A DNA stretch of 64,000 nt from an uncultured Anaerotignum sp. GTDB taxonomy: Bacteria; Bacillota; Clostridia; Lachnospirales; Anaerotignaceae. A program made the position numbers and the translations under genes. Below are positions 38,676-48,068 of the stretch, piece after piece (position 1 is the stretch's first letter; each line of letters begins with the position of its first letter). The stretch is from positions 3,503-67,502 of the forward strand of contig CAKQVD010000003.1 of assembly GCA_934277605.1 (NCBI GenBank), written 5' to 3'. The notes beneath the pieces are model-generated. The model worked only from the letters and a program-made list of their open reading frames with translations, did not search any database and had not been told where the DNA came from.

Positions 38676-38805
38676 GGCGAAAGAGGTAATTTCATCAGAA
38701 ATTCTTTTCAATTTTGCACTGAAGGCTTATCAGAGTGCGGCTTGGCGAAGGAGGGGGGATTTTGGCTGTATTTTCGGTGCAAAAGGCAGAGAATCCCGAC
38801 TTTAC

Positions 38806-38834
38806 TTGAAAGAGCATTTTCACTGTGGTATGAT
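38806..38834 (+). promoter_or_regulatory. Promoter (TTGAAA-17-TGgTATGAT)
   Basis: TTGAAA 38806-38811, TATGAT 38829-38834 with upstream TG. Confidence 0.55.
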
Positions 38835-38870
38835 ACTTTGAAAAGGACAACAGGGAAAGGATAGAAGAAA

Positions 38871-39401
38871 ATGAAAAAAATTTTGATTGTTGTAGATATG
38901 CAGAATGATTTTATTGACGGCTCTCTCGGCACACCCGAGGCAGAGGCGATTGTAGATAACGTAGTTGCGAAAATCAACACCTATACTAAAGATTGTGTTT
39001 ATGCAACCAGAGATACCCATCAGGATGATTATTTGCAGACACAGGAGGGCGAAAATCTTCCCATCGTGCATTGCATTGAAGGCACACACGGCTGGCAGCT
39101 GAATGAAAAGGTGCAGAATGCCTTGGGCAGTGCTGTTGTGATGAATAAACAATCCTTCGGCTCTTGGGAGCTGGCGGATATGATGGTGATGGAATTTGCG
39201 GGACTGCCCGCACAGGAATGTGAAATTGAATTGGTTGGGCTTTGCAGTGATATTTGTGTGGTTTCCAATGCGCTTGTGCTGAAGGCGAGAATGCCGGAGG
39301 TAAAAATCAGCGTAGATGCTTCCTGCTGTGCAGGGGTTACTCCCGAAAGCCATGCAGCCGCTTTGCAAACAATGCGGATGTGTCAGATTCATGTATTGTA
39401 A
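38871..39401 (+). CDS. Isochorismatase-family cysteine hydrolase (nicotinamidase/PncA-like)
   Basis: Catalytic triad contexts VVDMQNDF (Asp), NKQSF (Lys), GLCSDICV (Cys). Confidence 0.75.
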   Translation: MKKILIVVDMQNDFIDGSLGTPEAEAIVDNVVAKINTYTKDCVYATRDTHQDDYLQTQEGENLPIVHCIEGTHGWQLNEKVQNALGSAVVMNKQSFGSWELADMMVMEFAGLPAQECEIELVGLCSDICVVSNALVLKARMPEVKISVDASCCAGVTPESHAAALQTMRMCQIHVL

Positions 39402-39443
39402 AAAAATTTTTGAATAAGAACTTTTTTCTAAGGACGTGATGCT

Positions 39444-40568
39444 ATGAAGGACGAAAGATTGGAAAAGCTGGCAGATGTGCTGGTAAATTATTCTACAAAG
39501 GTCAAAAAAGGAGATCGTGTTGCCATTTCTGCCGAGGATGCGGCTCTGCCGTTTATTAAAGCAGTCGCAAGGGCGGCGGTAAAGGCAGGGGCTTTGGTGG
39601 AATATTATATTGATGTGCCGGATGTGGATGCGGAGCTTTTGAAAAACGGGACGGAGGAGCAATATGCAAGAGAAAATATCCGCTTCGGTGCCTGTGCCAA
39701 AAGCGATGTTTGGATCAGTGCATGGGGCAGTGAAAACACAAAAACCATGCAGTCGATTGAGGCAGAGCGTTTGAAGCAAAAGCGTTTGGCGAATAAGGAC
39801 AACCGCAAGATTTATTCCGAACGCATGGGAACGGGCGAGCTGCGTTGGTGCGGCACACAATTCCCGACCAATGGGGATGCCCAGAATGCAGGCATGAGCC
39901 TGGAGGAATATGAGGATTTCGTTTACACCGCAGGCTATCTTTATGAAAAGGATCCCGTTGCAAAATGGAAGGAAATGGCTGCTTGGCAGGAAAAATGGGT
40001 GGAATATCTGGATGGAAAGAAGGAGCTGCATATTCTTTCCAAGGATACCGATATTCGTGTGAGGATAGCAGGCAGAAAATGGATTAACTGCTGTGGCGAC
40101 GCAAACTTCCCCGATGGCGAAATTTTTACCTCTCCTGTTGAGAATGGCATTGATGGGTATATTACATTTTCCTATCCCTCCATTATGAATGGGAATGAAT
40201 TTTATGAGGTGCGGCTGACGGTTCGAGAGGGACGCATTGTGGATGTTTCCTGCAAAAATACGGAAATGCTTGATACCCTGCTTTCCTATATTGATACCGA
40301 TGCAGGCTCTCGTTATTTCGGAGAGGTTGCCATTGGTACAAATTATGGGATTCGGCGTCACACGAAAAACATTCTGTTTGATGAAAAAATCGGCGGCTCG
40401 ATGCACATGGCAGTCGGCGAAGCCTTTCAGGAGGCGGGCGGAAAAAACGAATCCGCAATCCATTGGGATATGATTAACGATATGACAAAAGAGGGCAAAA
40501 TTTATGCCGACGGCGAGCTTTTTTATGAAAATGGGAGGTTCAAGCAGGAGGTCTTAAAAAATTCCTAA
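39444..40568 (+). CDS. M29-family aminopeptidase (AmpS/PepS-like)
   Basis: 374 aa with N-terminal ERLEKLADVLVNYSTKVKKGD typical of thermophilic metalloprotease M29. Confidence 0.8.
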   Translation: MKDERLEKLADVLVNYSTKVKKGDRVAISAEDAALPFIKAVARAAVKAGALVEYYIDVPDVDAELLKNGTEEQYARENIRFGACAKSDVWISAWGSENTKTMQSIEAERLKQKRLANKDNRKIYSERMGTGELRWCGTQFPTNGDAQNAGMSLEEYEDFVYTAGYLYEKDPVAKWKEMAAWQEKWVEYLDGKKELHILSKDTDIRVRIAGRKWINCCGDANFPDGEIFTSPVENGIDGYITFSYPSIMNGNEFYEVRLTVREGRIVDVSCKNTEMLDTLLSYIDTDAGSRYFGEVAIGTNYGIRRHTKNILFDEKIGGSMHMAVGEAFQEAGGKNESAIHWDMINDMTKEGKIYADGELFYENGRFKQEVLKNS

Positions 40569-40665
40569 AAATCAAAAAATGCCGTTAAAAAATGAAAAAG
40601 ATACGCATTTTAAGGTGTTTTCCTTCAAAAAAATCGGAAAAATCAAGGTTTCTTGCCAAAAAGCA

Positions 40666-40694
40666 TTGACAGGTTTATTACTTTTTTATATACT
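40666..40694 (+). promoter_or_regulatory. Consensus-like promoter (TTGACA-17-TATACT)
   Basis: TTGACA 40666-40671, TATACT 40689-40694. Confidence 0.65.
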
Positions 40695-40748
40695 GGATGT
40701 AATAGATTTGTAACAATTACGAAGGAAGATGGTTTGGAGGAGAATCCA

Positions 40749-41909
40749 ATGGTTTTAAATAAAGTAATGAAACAGCTTTGTGTAACGGCGGCACTTGTCG
40801 TTATGGGTACGGTAACAGCGTTTGCCGCAACAACGGGACAAGCCTCCGGCACAAATGTAAATGTGCGTGCAGCTGCAAGCACAAGTGCAAATGCGTTGGG
40901 TAAAATCAATAAGGGCACAGAATATACTGTTTTAGATAAGGCAGATAATTGGTTTAAGATTTCTTATAACGGTACAACAGGCTATGTATCCGCAGATTAT
41001 TTTTCCGTTATCAAGGCAGACGGCAGGGTTACCGCCCCCGGTGTCAACCTGAGAGAAAAGGCAACCACAGCCTCCTCCTCCTTGAAGAAGTTTGTAAAAG
41101 GCGATAAAATCGTTATTACCGGTCAGAATGACAGTTGGTATCGTGTTTCCTATAATGGCGGTTCTGCTTATGTCAGCAAGGATTATGTATCCGGCAATCT
41201 GCTGCAGTATGTTGCAAGGATTAGCAACGAAGCGGCGGCAGCAACCACAAACAAAACAGCAGCAGCCACAAAAGCAGAAGATACTTATGGTGTGGTTACG
41301 GCAGATGCAGGCTTGAAACTGCGTAAGGAAGCCTCCGCAACGGCAGAGATTTTGACAGTGCTTCCCACCGGTACCATTGTTGATGTGGAGCTTGCCGGAA
41401 AGGATTGGGTTAGCGTTGTGACAGATGCAGGCCAGAAGGGTTATGTATCCGCAGATTTTCTGACAGTGAAAACAGGCGATAAGCCCGATAACATCGTAAG
41501 CACTGCAACAAATACAACATCCACAGCATCCACAAAGGGTGCATCCGTTGCTGCATACGGGAAGCAGTTCATCGGTACTCCTTATGTTTGGGGCGGCACA
41601 AATCTGAAAACAGGCGTTGATTGCTCCGGCTTTGTGTATGCCGTTTATAAAAACTTCGGTGTGACCTTGAATCGTTCTTCCGCATCCATGGCAAGCAATG
41701 GCACAACAGTTTCCAAGAGTGATTTGCAGGCAGGCGATTTGGTATTCTTTAATTCCGGCGGAAACAGCAGCATCAGCCACGTTGGTATCTATTGTGGCGA
41801 TGGCACCTATGTTCATTCCACAGACGGAAAAGGAAACGGCGTTACTGTAACAAACCTGAACAGCGGTTACAGCGCAAATACATATGTAACAGCAAAACGT
41901 ATTCTGTAA
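40749..41909 (+). CDS. Secreted cell-wall hydrolase with SH3b repeats and a C-terminal NlpC/P60 (C40 peptidase) domain
   Basis: Signal peptide MKQLCVTAALVVMGTVTAFA. Repeated SH3b-like units (GTNVNVRAAAS.., PGVNLREKAT.., AGLKLRKEAS..). DCSGFVYAVY..HVGIY..H catalytic core. ATG 40749 behind GGAGGAG. Confidence 0.88.
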   Translation: MVLNKVMKQLCVTAALVVMGTVTAFAATTGQASGTNVNVRAAASTSANALGKINKGTEYTVLDKADNWFKISYNGTTGYVSADYFSVIKADGRVTAPGVNLREKATTASSSLKKFVKGDKIVITGQNDSWYRVSYNGGSAYVSKDYVSGNLLQYVARISNEAAAATTNKTAAATKAEDTYGVVTADAGLKLRKEASATAEILTVLPTGTIVDVELAGKDWVSVVTDAGQKGYVSADFLTVKTGDKPDNIVSTATNTTSTASTKGASVAAYGKQFIGTPYVWGGTNLKTGVDCSGFVYAVYKNFGVTLNRSSASMASNGTTVSKSDLQAGDLVFFNSGGNSSISHVGIYCGDGTYVHSTDGKGNGVTVTNLNSGYSANTYVTAKRIL

Positions 41910-41921
41910 TTAAAATAAGAG

Positions 41922-41965
41922 ACGGTAAAGAAAAGTAGGCTTCACTTTTCTTTACCGTTTTTTTG
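41922..41965. terminator. Bidirectional terminator
   Basis: ACGGTAAAGAAAAGT / ACTTTTCTTTACCGT 15-bp stem followed by TTTTTTT. Confidence 0.9.
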
Positions 41966-41972
41966 TTGCCGT

Positions 41973-42797
41973 TTAGCCTTGCCAGCTGCGGAAGCGTCTT
42001 TCCAATAAAGCAATCGCCCGATACATCAATGCGGAAAGAATTGCCAGAATGACAACGGAAAGCAATACAACCCGCATGGCAAAGGTTTGCGAGGAATAAA
42101 CAATCAAAAAGCCTAAGCCCTTTTGTGCGACCAGAAATTCCCCGACAATCACACCGACAAAGGAAAGCCCTACATTGATTTTCAGGGCATTCAAAATGCA
42201 GGGGATATTCGCCGGAAGGACAACCTTTGTCAAAACCTGTGCTTTATTGCCGCCGAAAATCTGAATCAGCTTGATTTGTGACTCATCCACCTGCAAAAAA
42301 CCGTTTAATACAGAAAGAATTGTCACAACAACAGAGGTCAGCAGGGCAACGATGATGATGGAGGATTGGTTATTTCCGAACCAGACGATAATGATTGGTG
42401 CTAATGCTGTTTTCGGCAAAGAATTCAGTATCACGAGATAAGGCTCTGCCACATCGGAAATAAAGGGATTCCACCAGAGTAAAATCGCTGTCAGCGTGCC
42501 AAGAATGGTACCTAAGAGAAAGCCGACCACTGTTTCCCATAGGGTTGTGCCGATATGCAAAAACAAAGAGCCGTCCTGCACCATTTTTATGGCTGTGGTA
42601 AACAGCTCAGTCGGTCTGCTGAACAGAAACGAATCAATCCAGCTGCAAGCGGCGGCTATCTCCCAGATGATAAAGAATAAAACGAGCAGCAACACCTGCA
42701 ATATACCGACAGCGTTTTTCCGCCTTTGTGTGCGATGGAGAAATTCTGCCTGCTCCTTGGAAATGGCTGTGGTCTCTTTTTTACGAAACATGAACAT
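41973..42797 (-). CDS. ABC transporter permease (NitT/TauT, SsuC-like family)
   Basis: Six TM helices with an EAA-like loop. Start is uncertain (ATG 42797 or 42791 behind GGAAGGAG; the track start at 42818 overlaps the ATPase gene). Confidence 0.8.
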   Translation of the reverse strand: MFMFRKKETTAISKEQAEFLHRTQRRKNAVGILQVLLLVLFFIIWEIAAACSWIDSFLFSRPTELFTTAIKMVQDGSLFLHIGTTLWETVVGFLLGTILGTLTAILLWWNPFISDVAEPYLVILNSLPKTALAPIIIVWFGNNQSSIIIVALLTSVVVTILSVLNGFLQVDESQIKLIQIFGGNKAQVLTKVVLPANIPCILNALKINVGLSFVGVIVGEFLVAQKGLGFLIVYSSQTFAMRVVLLSVVILAILSALMYRAIALLERRFRSWQG

Positions 42798-43527
42798 CCA
42801 ACTCCTTCCAGATGGCATTGAAATAATCTTTAAACTCGGGGGCCTCTCTTGCCTGCATGGGTGTGTGATTTTCTATGGAAAAGCGGATAGGGAAAACTGC
42901 TTTCACTCTTGCAGGCCGCTTGGAAAGAACGATGACACGGTCGGAAAGGCTGATTGCCTCAGAAATATCGTGCGTCACAAGAATGGCTGTCTTTCCTTCC
43001 TCTCGAATGATGGTGCCGATTTCATCCGAAACGGAAAGCCTTGTCTGATAGTCCAAGGCAGAAAATGGTTCATCCAAAAGCAAAATATCTGGGCGAACCG
43101 CAAGGGTGCGAATCAGTGCCGCTCTTTGCCGCATTCCGCCCGAAAGCTGATAGGGCAGGGAATTTTTAAATTCGCCTAAGCCGTATTTTTGCAGCATTGC
43201 ATCGACATAAGCAATATTTTCCGGTGTCAGCTTTTTTTGAATTTCCAAGCCCAAAAGTGCGTTGGAACGGATACTGCGCCAATGCAGAAGATAATCCTTT
43301 TGCAGCATATAGCCAATCGTGCCGTTGACCTTGATTTTCCCTTCCGATGCAGAAAGCTGTCCTGCCAGCATGGAGAGAATGGTGGATTTGCCGCAGCCGC
43401 TTGGCCCGACAATAGATATAAATTCGCCCGCTTGGACGCTTAGGTTTAAATGGGAAACGGCGGAGGTTTCTCCGCTGATGCTGTGATAGCGGAGGCTGAC
43501 ATCCGCAAGGGAAACAACGGGGTTCAT
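42781..43527 (-). CDS. ABC transporter ATP-binding protein (NitT/TauT family)
   Basis: Walker A GPSGCGKST, signature LSGGMRQR, Walker B LLLDEPFSALD. ATG 43527 behind AGGGAGG. Confidence 0.88.
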   Translation of the reverse strand: MNPVVSLADVSLRYHSISGETSAVSHLNLSVQAGEFISIVGPSGCGKSTILSMLAGQLSASEGKIKVNGTIGYMLQKDYLLHWRSIRSNALLGLEIQKKLTPENIAYVDAMLQKYGLGEFKNSLPYQLSGGMRQRAALIRTLAVRPDILLLDEPFSALDYQTRLSVSDEIGTIIREEGKTAILVTHDISEAISLSDRVIVLSKRPARVKAVFPIRFSIENHTPMQAREAPEFKDYFNAIWKELDVHVS

Positions 43528-43673
43528 GGAAACGACCTCCCTTGTCATTTTGATACTTTCAATATATTACAAAAGGGACAAATGGTGCTTATCCAAGGGG
43601 AAAGAAACTGTGGTCAAAAATGAAATTTTATGGTAGTATGTTTACAAATTCTGATTTGAGAGGAGAGGGAAAA

Positions 43674-44321
43674 ATGAATTGGAAAACAACAGCCTTGGTT
43701 GTGATTGATATGGAAAGTGCATTTATCAGCAAGGAATCGCCCTTGTGCATTCAGCAGGCGGCGGCAAGTGTGCCTGCTTGCAGCAGGGTAATCCGAAAAG
43801 CAAGAGAGCGGGGAACCCCAGTCTTTTTCGTCAATCGGGTTTATCGCAAAAACGGCAGTGATGTGGAGTTTACACGCTATGAAAGCTGGCGGAACGGCAA
43901 GCGTTACCTTGCACCCAACAGTCAAGGTGCATTATCCACCGAAATGCCTGCGGAATTTCTGCTGCAGGAAGGGGACTACACGATTATAAAGCCCAGATTT
44001 TCTGCATTTTTCCAGACGGAGCTGGATTTGATTCTCAGACGCTTGGGTGTGAAAACAGTCATTTTGACGGGAACCACCACCCCCAACTGTATTCGCACCT
44101 CCTGCTATGACGGCCTTTCCTTGGATTATAACATTCTCATCATTGAGGATTGCTGCTCCTCTAACACAGAGGAAATTCAGCGTGTGAATATGGAGGATAT
44201 GGCAAGAGTCGGTGCGATCATTACCACCTCGGATAGCTTCTGCAAGGATACATTTCAAGTGAAGGATGTTGCGGGAGAAATCCAAAAATGCGTGCAGGCG
44301 GATGAAACTGCCCCCGAATAA
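43674..44321 (+). CDS. Isochorismatase-family cysteine hydrolase
   Basis: VVIDMESAF (Asp), IIKPRFSAF (Lys), TTPNCIRTS (Cys). ATG 43674 behind GGAGAGGGA. Confidence 0.75.
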   Translation: MNWKTTALVVIDMESAFISKESPLCIQQAAASVPACSRVIRKARERGTPVFFVNRVYRKNGSDVEFTRYESWRNGKRYLAPNSQGALSTEMPAEFLLQEGDYTIIKPRFSAFFQTELDLILRRLGVKTVILTGTTTPNCIRTSCYDGLSLDYNILIIEDCCSSNTEEIQRVNMEDMARVGAIITTSDSFCKDTFQVKDVAGEIQKCVQADETAPE

Positions 44322-44323
44322 GC

Positions 44324-44367
44324 AAAAGCCCTTCGATGACAGAATACACTGTGTTCGAGGGGCTTTT
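44324..44367. terminator. Bidirectional terminator
   Basis: AAAAGCCCTTCGA ... TCGAGGGGCTTTT. Confidence 0.8.
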
Positions 44368-44382
44368 ATGATAGGCGAAAAA

Positions 44383-45630
44383 TCAGCCTTCCTCCGTCCT
44401 TTGCTCTGCCTGCTCATTCAGACGGGCTTGCCGTAAGCGTTCATTTTCCGTTCTGAGAGCAGAAAGCTCCTGCTCCATTCGCTCTATTTGTGATTTCCAA
44501 CGTGCGTTGACAGTGGCGATTTCGTCACTTCTTTGCTCAAGCAGAACAGAAAATTCCTCCATCTGCTTTTTATGAGAGGCTTGCAAGGCAGTATATGCCT
44601 TGGAATACTCCGTTTCCACCTGCTCTGCTGCCTTGGGCGGCTCAGGCAGAGGGGAGGGGGCGAAAACCGCCGGCAAAAAGCCATGCTGTCCGTTGCCATA
44701 ACATTCTGCGGCATTGAGGTCCTTTTCGGTTGCACCAAGCAGCTCTCCCTTTATGCAGTAGGCAGGGAATTTTTCCATATAGCGTTCCACTGCACCGAAG
44801 GAGGTTCCGCCATTTTCGGAAACACAACGCATTGGCTGTCCATTGGCGGTCCACATGAGAATTAGTCTTCCGTTTTCCTGATAAGCAAGACAGTTTTCAC
44901 AATTCGCATCCTCCCAAAGAATACGAGGGGTGCTGATGGCGGCGGTGTGCTTATATTGATAGACCACCTGTGTGCGGAACAGATTACGCACAATATAAAG
45001 AATATGGATTTTTTCGTTATCATTGATGACAGAAAGGTCGCTACAGGGTGCAGGTGTTTGCACCAAGGGTGTCACGCTCCCGATGGTATAGGGCGAGAGG
45101 AGCATTTCTCTGGCACTGAGTATGTTTCTGCCGGTGCGATAATAGAGAATGATATGCGAATCACTCAGCCTGCGCGCAAGGAAGGGTGTCTGCTTCATTG
45201 GCATAAAGCGGTCAATCTGATAGGGCTTTTCCCATTGCCCGTTGCGAAAAACGCTGTATACCAAAGAATCAATGCCCGTTGCCTCTGTCGGCAAATGATA
45301 AATGATATGAAACGCCTCCTGCGTTGGCAGAAGGAAAAACCTTGTGCGCTCGGTGGGGGAGGTGCCGTTTCGCATGGGACGATGCTCCCAGTTGGTAAAA
45401 TCGGCTGAGGATGCAAGATAAAGCTGTCCTTCTCCGCCGGAATAAAGCAGATAAAGCATGGCTTGATATTGACAAACAGAAAAAACAGGAGAGGCCTTCT
45501 CCGCGATTTTCTGCGGCACTGTCCAGCCATCGTGAGAAAAGCTGCGGCAGAAAATATTGCCATGCTCATAATAAAAGAGATAGAAATAGCCGTCCTTTGT
45601 TTTCAGATATTTCACATACGGATTTTGCAT
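44383..45630 (-). CDS. Uncharacterised protein with a predicted six-bladed beta-propeller-like region (degenerate Asp-box motifs) plus a C-terminal coiled coil
   Basis: Six repeats of an aromatic-rich strand motif (YFYLFYYEHG, MLYLLYSGGEG, AFHIIYHL, HIILYYRTG, KIHILYIV, RLILMWTANG). SHDGWT / SENGGTSF Asp-box-like turns. Last ~80 aa are heptad-rich (QIERMEQELSALRTENERLRQ). ATG 45630 behind GGGAG. Confidence 0.6.
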   Translation of the reverse strand: MQNPYVKYLKTKDGYFYLFYYEHGNIFCRSFSHDGWTVPQKIAEKASPVFSVCQYQAMLYLLYSGGEGQLYLASSADFTNWEHRPMRNGTSPTERTRFFLLPTQEAFHIIYHLPTEATGIDSLVYSVFRNGQWEKPYQIDRFMPMKQTPFLARRLSDSHIILYYRTGRNILSAREMLLSPYTIGSVTPLVQTPAPCSDLSVINDNEKIHILYIVRNLFRTQVVYQYKHTAAISTPRILWEDANCENCLAYQENGRLILMWTANGQPMRCVSENGGTSFGAVERYMEKFPAYCIKGELLGATEKDLNAAECYGNGQHGFLPAVFAPSPLPEPPKAAEQVETEYSKAYTALQASHKKQMEEFSVLLEQRSDEIATVNARWKSQIERMEQELSALRTENERLRQARLNEQAEQRTEEG

Positions 45631-45759
45631 GGAAACGCTCCCTATGAGTTTTTCATAATATTCTATGCACAAAAAGGGGAGGGGCGTACCGGAAAAGAGT
45701 TGCTTTCATCGACAAAATATGCTATGTTTATAATAGAAAGAGCAGAAAGGGGGCATTTT

Positions 45760-46026
45760 ATGGATACTTTTGCAGCACTTTATCACTCCGGCACCATGCA
45801 GGTATATGCAATTATTTTTGTAATGCTTTTGATTTATGTTGCAATCTGCTGTCTGGAATGGAGGCTTTCCAAAAAAGAGGAATGGTGGAAGGGAATGATT
45901 CTGCCGATCGTTTTTCTGTTGCTCGGAAGTGGAGGGCATCTCTTTGGCTTTATCCTATTGGCAATTTATGGGATACAGCGATCTAAGCTGGAAAAAATGA
46001 AAAAAGAAACACAAACTGAAGAATAA
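45760..46026 (+). CDS. Small membrane protein (88 aa, 2 TM)
   Basis: ATG 45760 behind AAAGGGGG. Two hydrophobic helices and a Lys/Glu-rich tail. Confidence 0.5.
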   Translation: MDTFAALYHSGTMQVYAIIFVMLLIYVAICCLEWRLSKKEEWWKGMILPIVFLLLGSGGHLFGFILLAIYGIQRSKLEKMKKETQTEE

Positions 46027-46027
46027 G

Positions 46028-46066
46028 AAAAAGGGTGGAATCCGATTTGGAAACCACCCTTTTTAT
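46028..46066. terminator. Bidirectional terminator
   Basis: AAAGGGTGG ... CCACCCTTTTT. Confidence 0.75.
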
Positions 46067-46091
46067 GAAGGTATCGAAAAAGCGGATACCT

Positions 46092-46514
46092 TTATTTTTT
46101 TGCTTTGGACTCACAGTAAATACAGCGATATTCGCCTTTTTCCCTGTTTGTCAGCTTGAAGATATGCGGAATTTCCTGCTCCACAGATGTAATGCAGCGA
46201 GGATTTTTGCACTGAATGATGTTTGTCAATCGTTCGGGAAGCTGAGGATGTACTTTTTTTACGCAAACACCATCCTTAACGATATTGATGGTTACGTTGG
46301 GATCAACATAGCCCAGTGCATCCAAATCCAATTCCAGCTCTGTATCAATTTTAATGATATCCTTTTTCCCCATTTTCTGACTGGGGGCATTTTTAATCAA
46401 AGCAATTGTCGCATCCACATGGTCTAAGTCCAGAAATTGATATAACTCCATGCACTTGCCTGCGGTAATATGGTCAATGACCACACCGTTATTCACTGCG
46501 GTTACCTTCATCAT
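46092..46514 (-). CDS. pyrI: Aspartate carbamoyltransferase regulatory subunit
   Basis: C-terminal zinc domain CKNPRC..CIYC. Directly abuts pyrB. Confidence 0.9.
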   Translation of the reverse strand: MMKVTAVNNGVVIDHITAGKCMELYQFLDLDHVDATIALIKNAPSQKMGKKDIIKIDTELELDLDALGYVDPNVTINIVKDGVCVKKVHPQLPERLTNIIQCKNPRCITSVEQEIPHIFKLTNREKGEYRCIYCESKAKK

Positions 46515-47426
46515 TTACGCCACCTCCAGTAATTTCAGAATCAAAGCCATACGAATATATTTGCCGTTCAAAACCTGCTTGAAATAGCAGGCTCTGGAAT
46601 CATCATCCACCGCAACGGAAATCTCATTGACACGGGGCAGGGGGTGCATAATGCAAAGGTCTTTTTTTGCCGTCTCCAGCTTATCCATATTCAGAATATA
46701 GCTATCCTTCAAACGAATATAGTCTGCCTCATTGAAGAAACGCTCCTGCTGTACTCTCGTCATATACAGAATATCCAAAGAGGACATGGCCTGATCCAGA
46801 CTGGTGGTTTCCTCATAGGGAATCCCTGCATGGTCCAATTCCTGAATGATATATTCGGGTACCTTCAATTCATCGGGAGAAATCAAGATAAATTTTACAC
46901 CTTTATAACGGCTCATAGCATGAATCAAAGAATGAACGGTTCTGCCGAATTTCAAGTCTCCGCACATCCCAATCGTCAGATTTTCAAATGTGCCTTTTTC
47001 CCTCTGAATTGTCAGAAGGTCAGCCAAGGTCTGTGTGGGGTGGTTGTGTCCGCCGTCCCCCGCATTGATGATGGGAACGGGAGAGCGCATGGAGGCAATC
47101 ATGGGTGCGCCTTCCTTGGGATGACGCATAGCAATGATATCTGCATAACAGCCAACGGCACGCACCGTATCGGAAACGCTTTCGCCCTTTGCCGCAGAGC
47201 TGTTGTTTGCACCGGAAAAGCCGATGACGCTGCCGCCAAGCTCCAGCATAGCCGCCTCAAAGCTCAAGCGGGTGCGGGTGGAAGGCTCAAAAAACAATGT
47301 AGCCAGTTTTTTGCGATGACATTTTTCTGCGTATTTATCAGGGTTTGCAATGATATCATTGGCGGTGGCAATCAAGCCGTCAATTTCCTCTACCGTCAAA
47401 TCAACAATATCTATGAGGCTTCTCAT
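46515..47426 (-). CDS. pyrB: Aspartate carbamoyltransferase catalytic subunit
   Basis: STRTR, HPTQ and HPLPR motifs. Confidence 0.95.
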   Translation of the reverse strand: MRSLIDIVDLTVEEIDGLIATANDIIANPDKYAEKCHRKKLATLFFEPSTRTRLSFEAAMLELGGSVIGFSGANNSSAAKGESVSDTVRAVGCYADIIAMRHPKEGAPMIASMRSPVPIINAGDGGHNHPTQTLADLLTIQREKGTFENLTIGMCGDLKFGRTVHSLIHAMSRYKGVKFILISPDELKVPEYIIQELDHAGIPYEETTSLDQAMSSLDILYMTRVQQERFFNEADYIRLKDSYILNMDKLETAKKDLCIMHPLPRVNEISVAVDDDSRACYFKQVLNGKYIRMALILKLLEVA

Positions 47427-47429
47427 AAA

Positions 47430-48068
47430 TTACATCTCCCTCCAGCTTTCATCATTGGGATTGCTGCGGAATTTCATCAAACGTGCAATATCGGATTCTT
47501 TAATATAGCCTTCCTTTGCGGCAACCTCTGCCACAGCATCAAAATTGGAAAGGCTCACATTTTTTACATTTGCTTCAGCAAGTCTGTCCAGACCTTTTTG
47601 CAGACCATAGGTAAAAATGCTTACAACGCCGAGAACCTCAGCGCCTGCCTCACGCAAAACATTGACAACCTCAATGCAGCTGCCGGCGGTGGAAATCAAA
47701 TCCTCCACAACAACAACCTTCTGTCCTTTTTCCAATCTGCCTTCAATCTGGTTGTTTCTGCCATGATCCTTTGCGCCGGAGCGAACATAGCCCATGGGCA
47801 AATCCAAAAGGTGTGCAGTGATGGCAGCGTGTGCAATGCCTGCGGTAGAGGTACCCATCAGCACCTGTGCATCGGGATATTCCTTTTTGATGGTTTCAGC
47901 CAGTGCATTTTCCACATGATTTCTAACCTCTACAGAGGTCAGAGTCAATCTGTTATCGCAGTAAATCGGGCTTTTAATGCCGCTTGCCCATGTGAAAGGC
48001 TCTTCGGGACGCAGGAAAACCGCACCGATGGAAAGCAGGTCCTTTGCAATCTGTTCTTTGATATTCAT
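47430..48068 (-). CDS. pyrE: Orotate phosphoribosyltransferase
   Basis: PRPP-binding VVVVEDLISTAGS. ATG 48068 overlaps the pyrF stop (TAATG). Confidence 0.92.
   Translation of the reverse strand: MNIKEQIAKDLLSIGAVFLRPEEPFTWASGIKSPIYCDNRLTLTSVEVRNHVENALAETIKKEYPDAQVLMGTSTAGIAHAAITAHLLDLPMGYVRSGAKDHGRNNQIEGRLEKGQKVVVVEDLISTAGSCIEVVNVLREAGAEVLGVVSIFTYGLQKGLDRLAEANVKNVSLSNFDAVAEVAAKEGYIKESDIARLMKFRSNPNDESWREM

Noticed and set aside
38562-38864. 100-aa plus-strand ORF in the proS/pncA intergenic region
   Set aside because: It overlaps the T-box leader and both promoters in antisense or promoter space. It has no RBS, and its composition is unlike the coding regions here.
40569-40748. Looked for a c-di-AMP (ydaO) riboswitch upstream of the NlpC/P60 hydrolase
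   Set aside because: The leader after the TTGACA-17-TATACT promoter is only ~55 nt and has none of the ydaO pseudo-two-fold elements.
43561-43580. AGGGACAAATGGTGCTT in the ABC/isochorismatase intergenic region as a further copy of the gap-promoter motif
   Set aside because: It is only a single half-site, with TGCT instead of TGTC and no inverted partner, which is compatible with chance.
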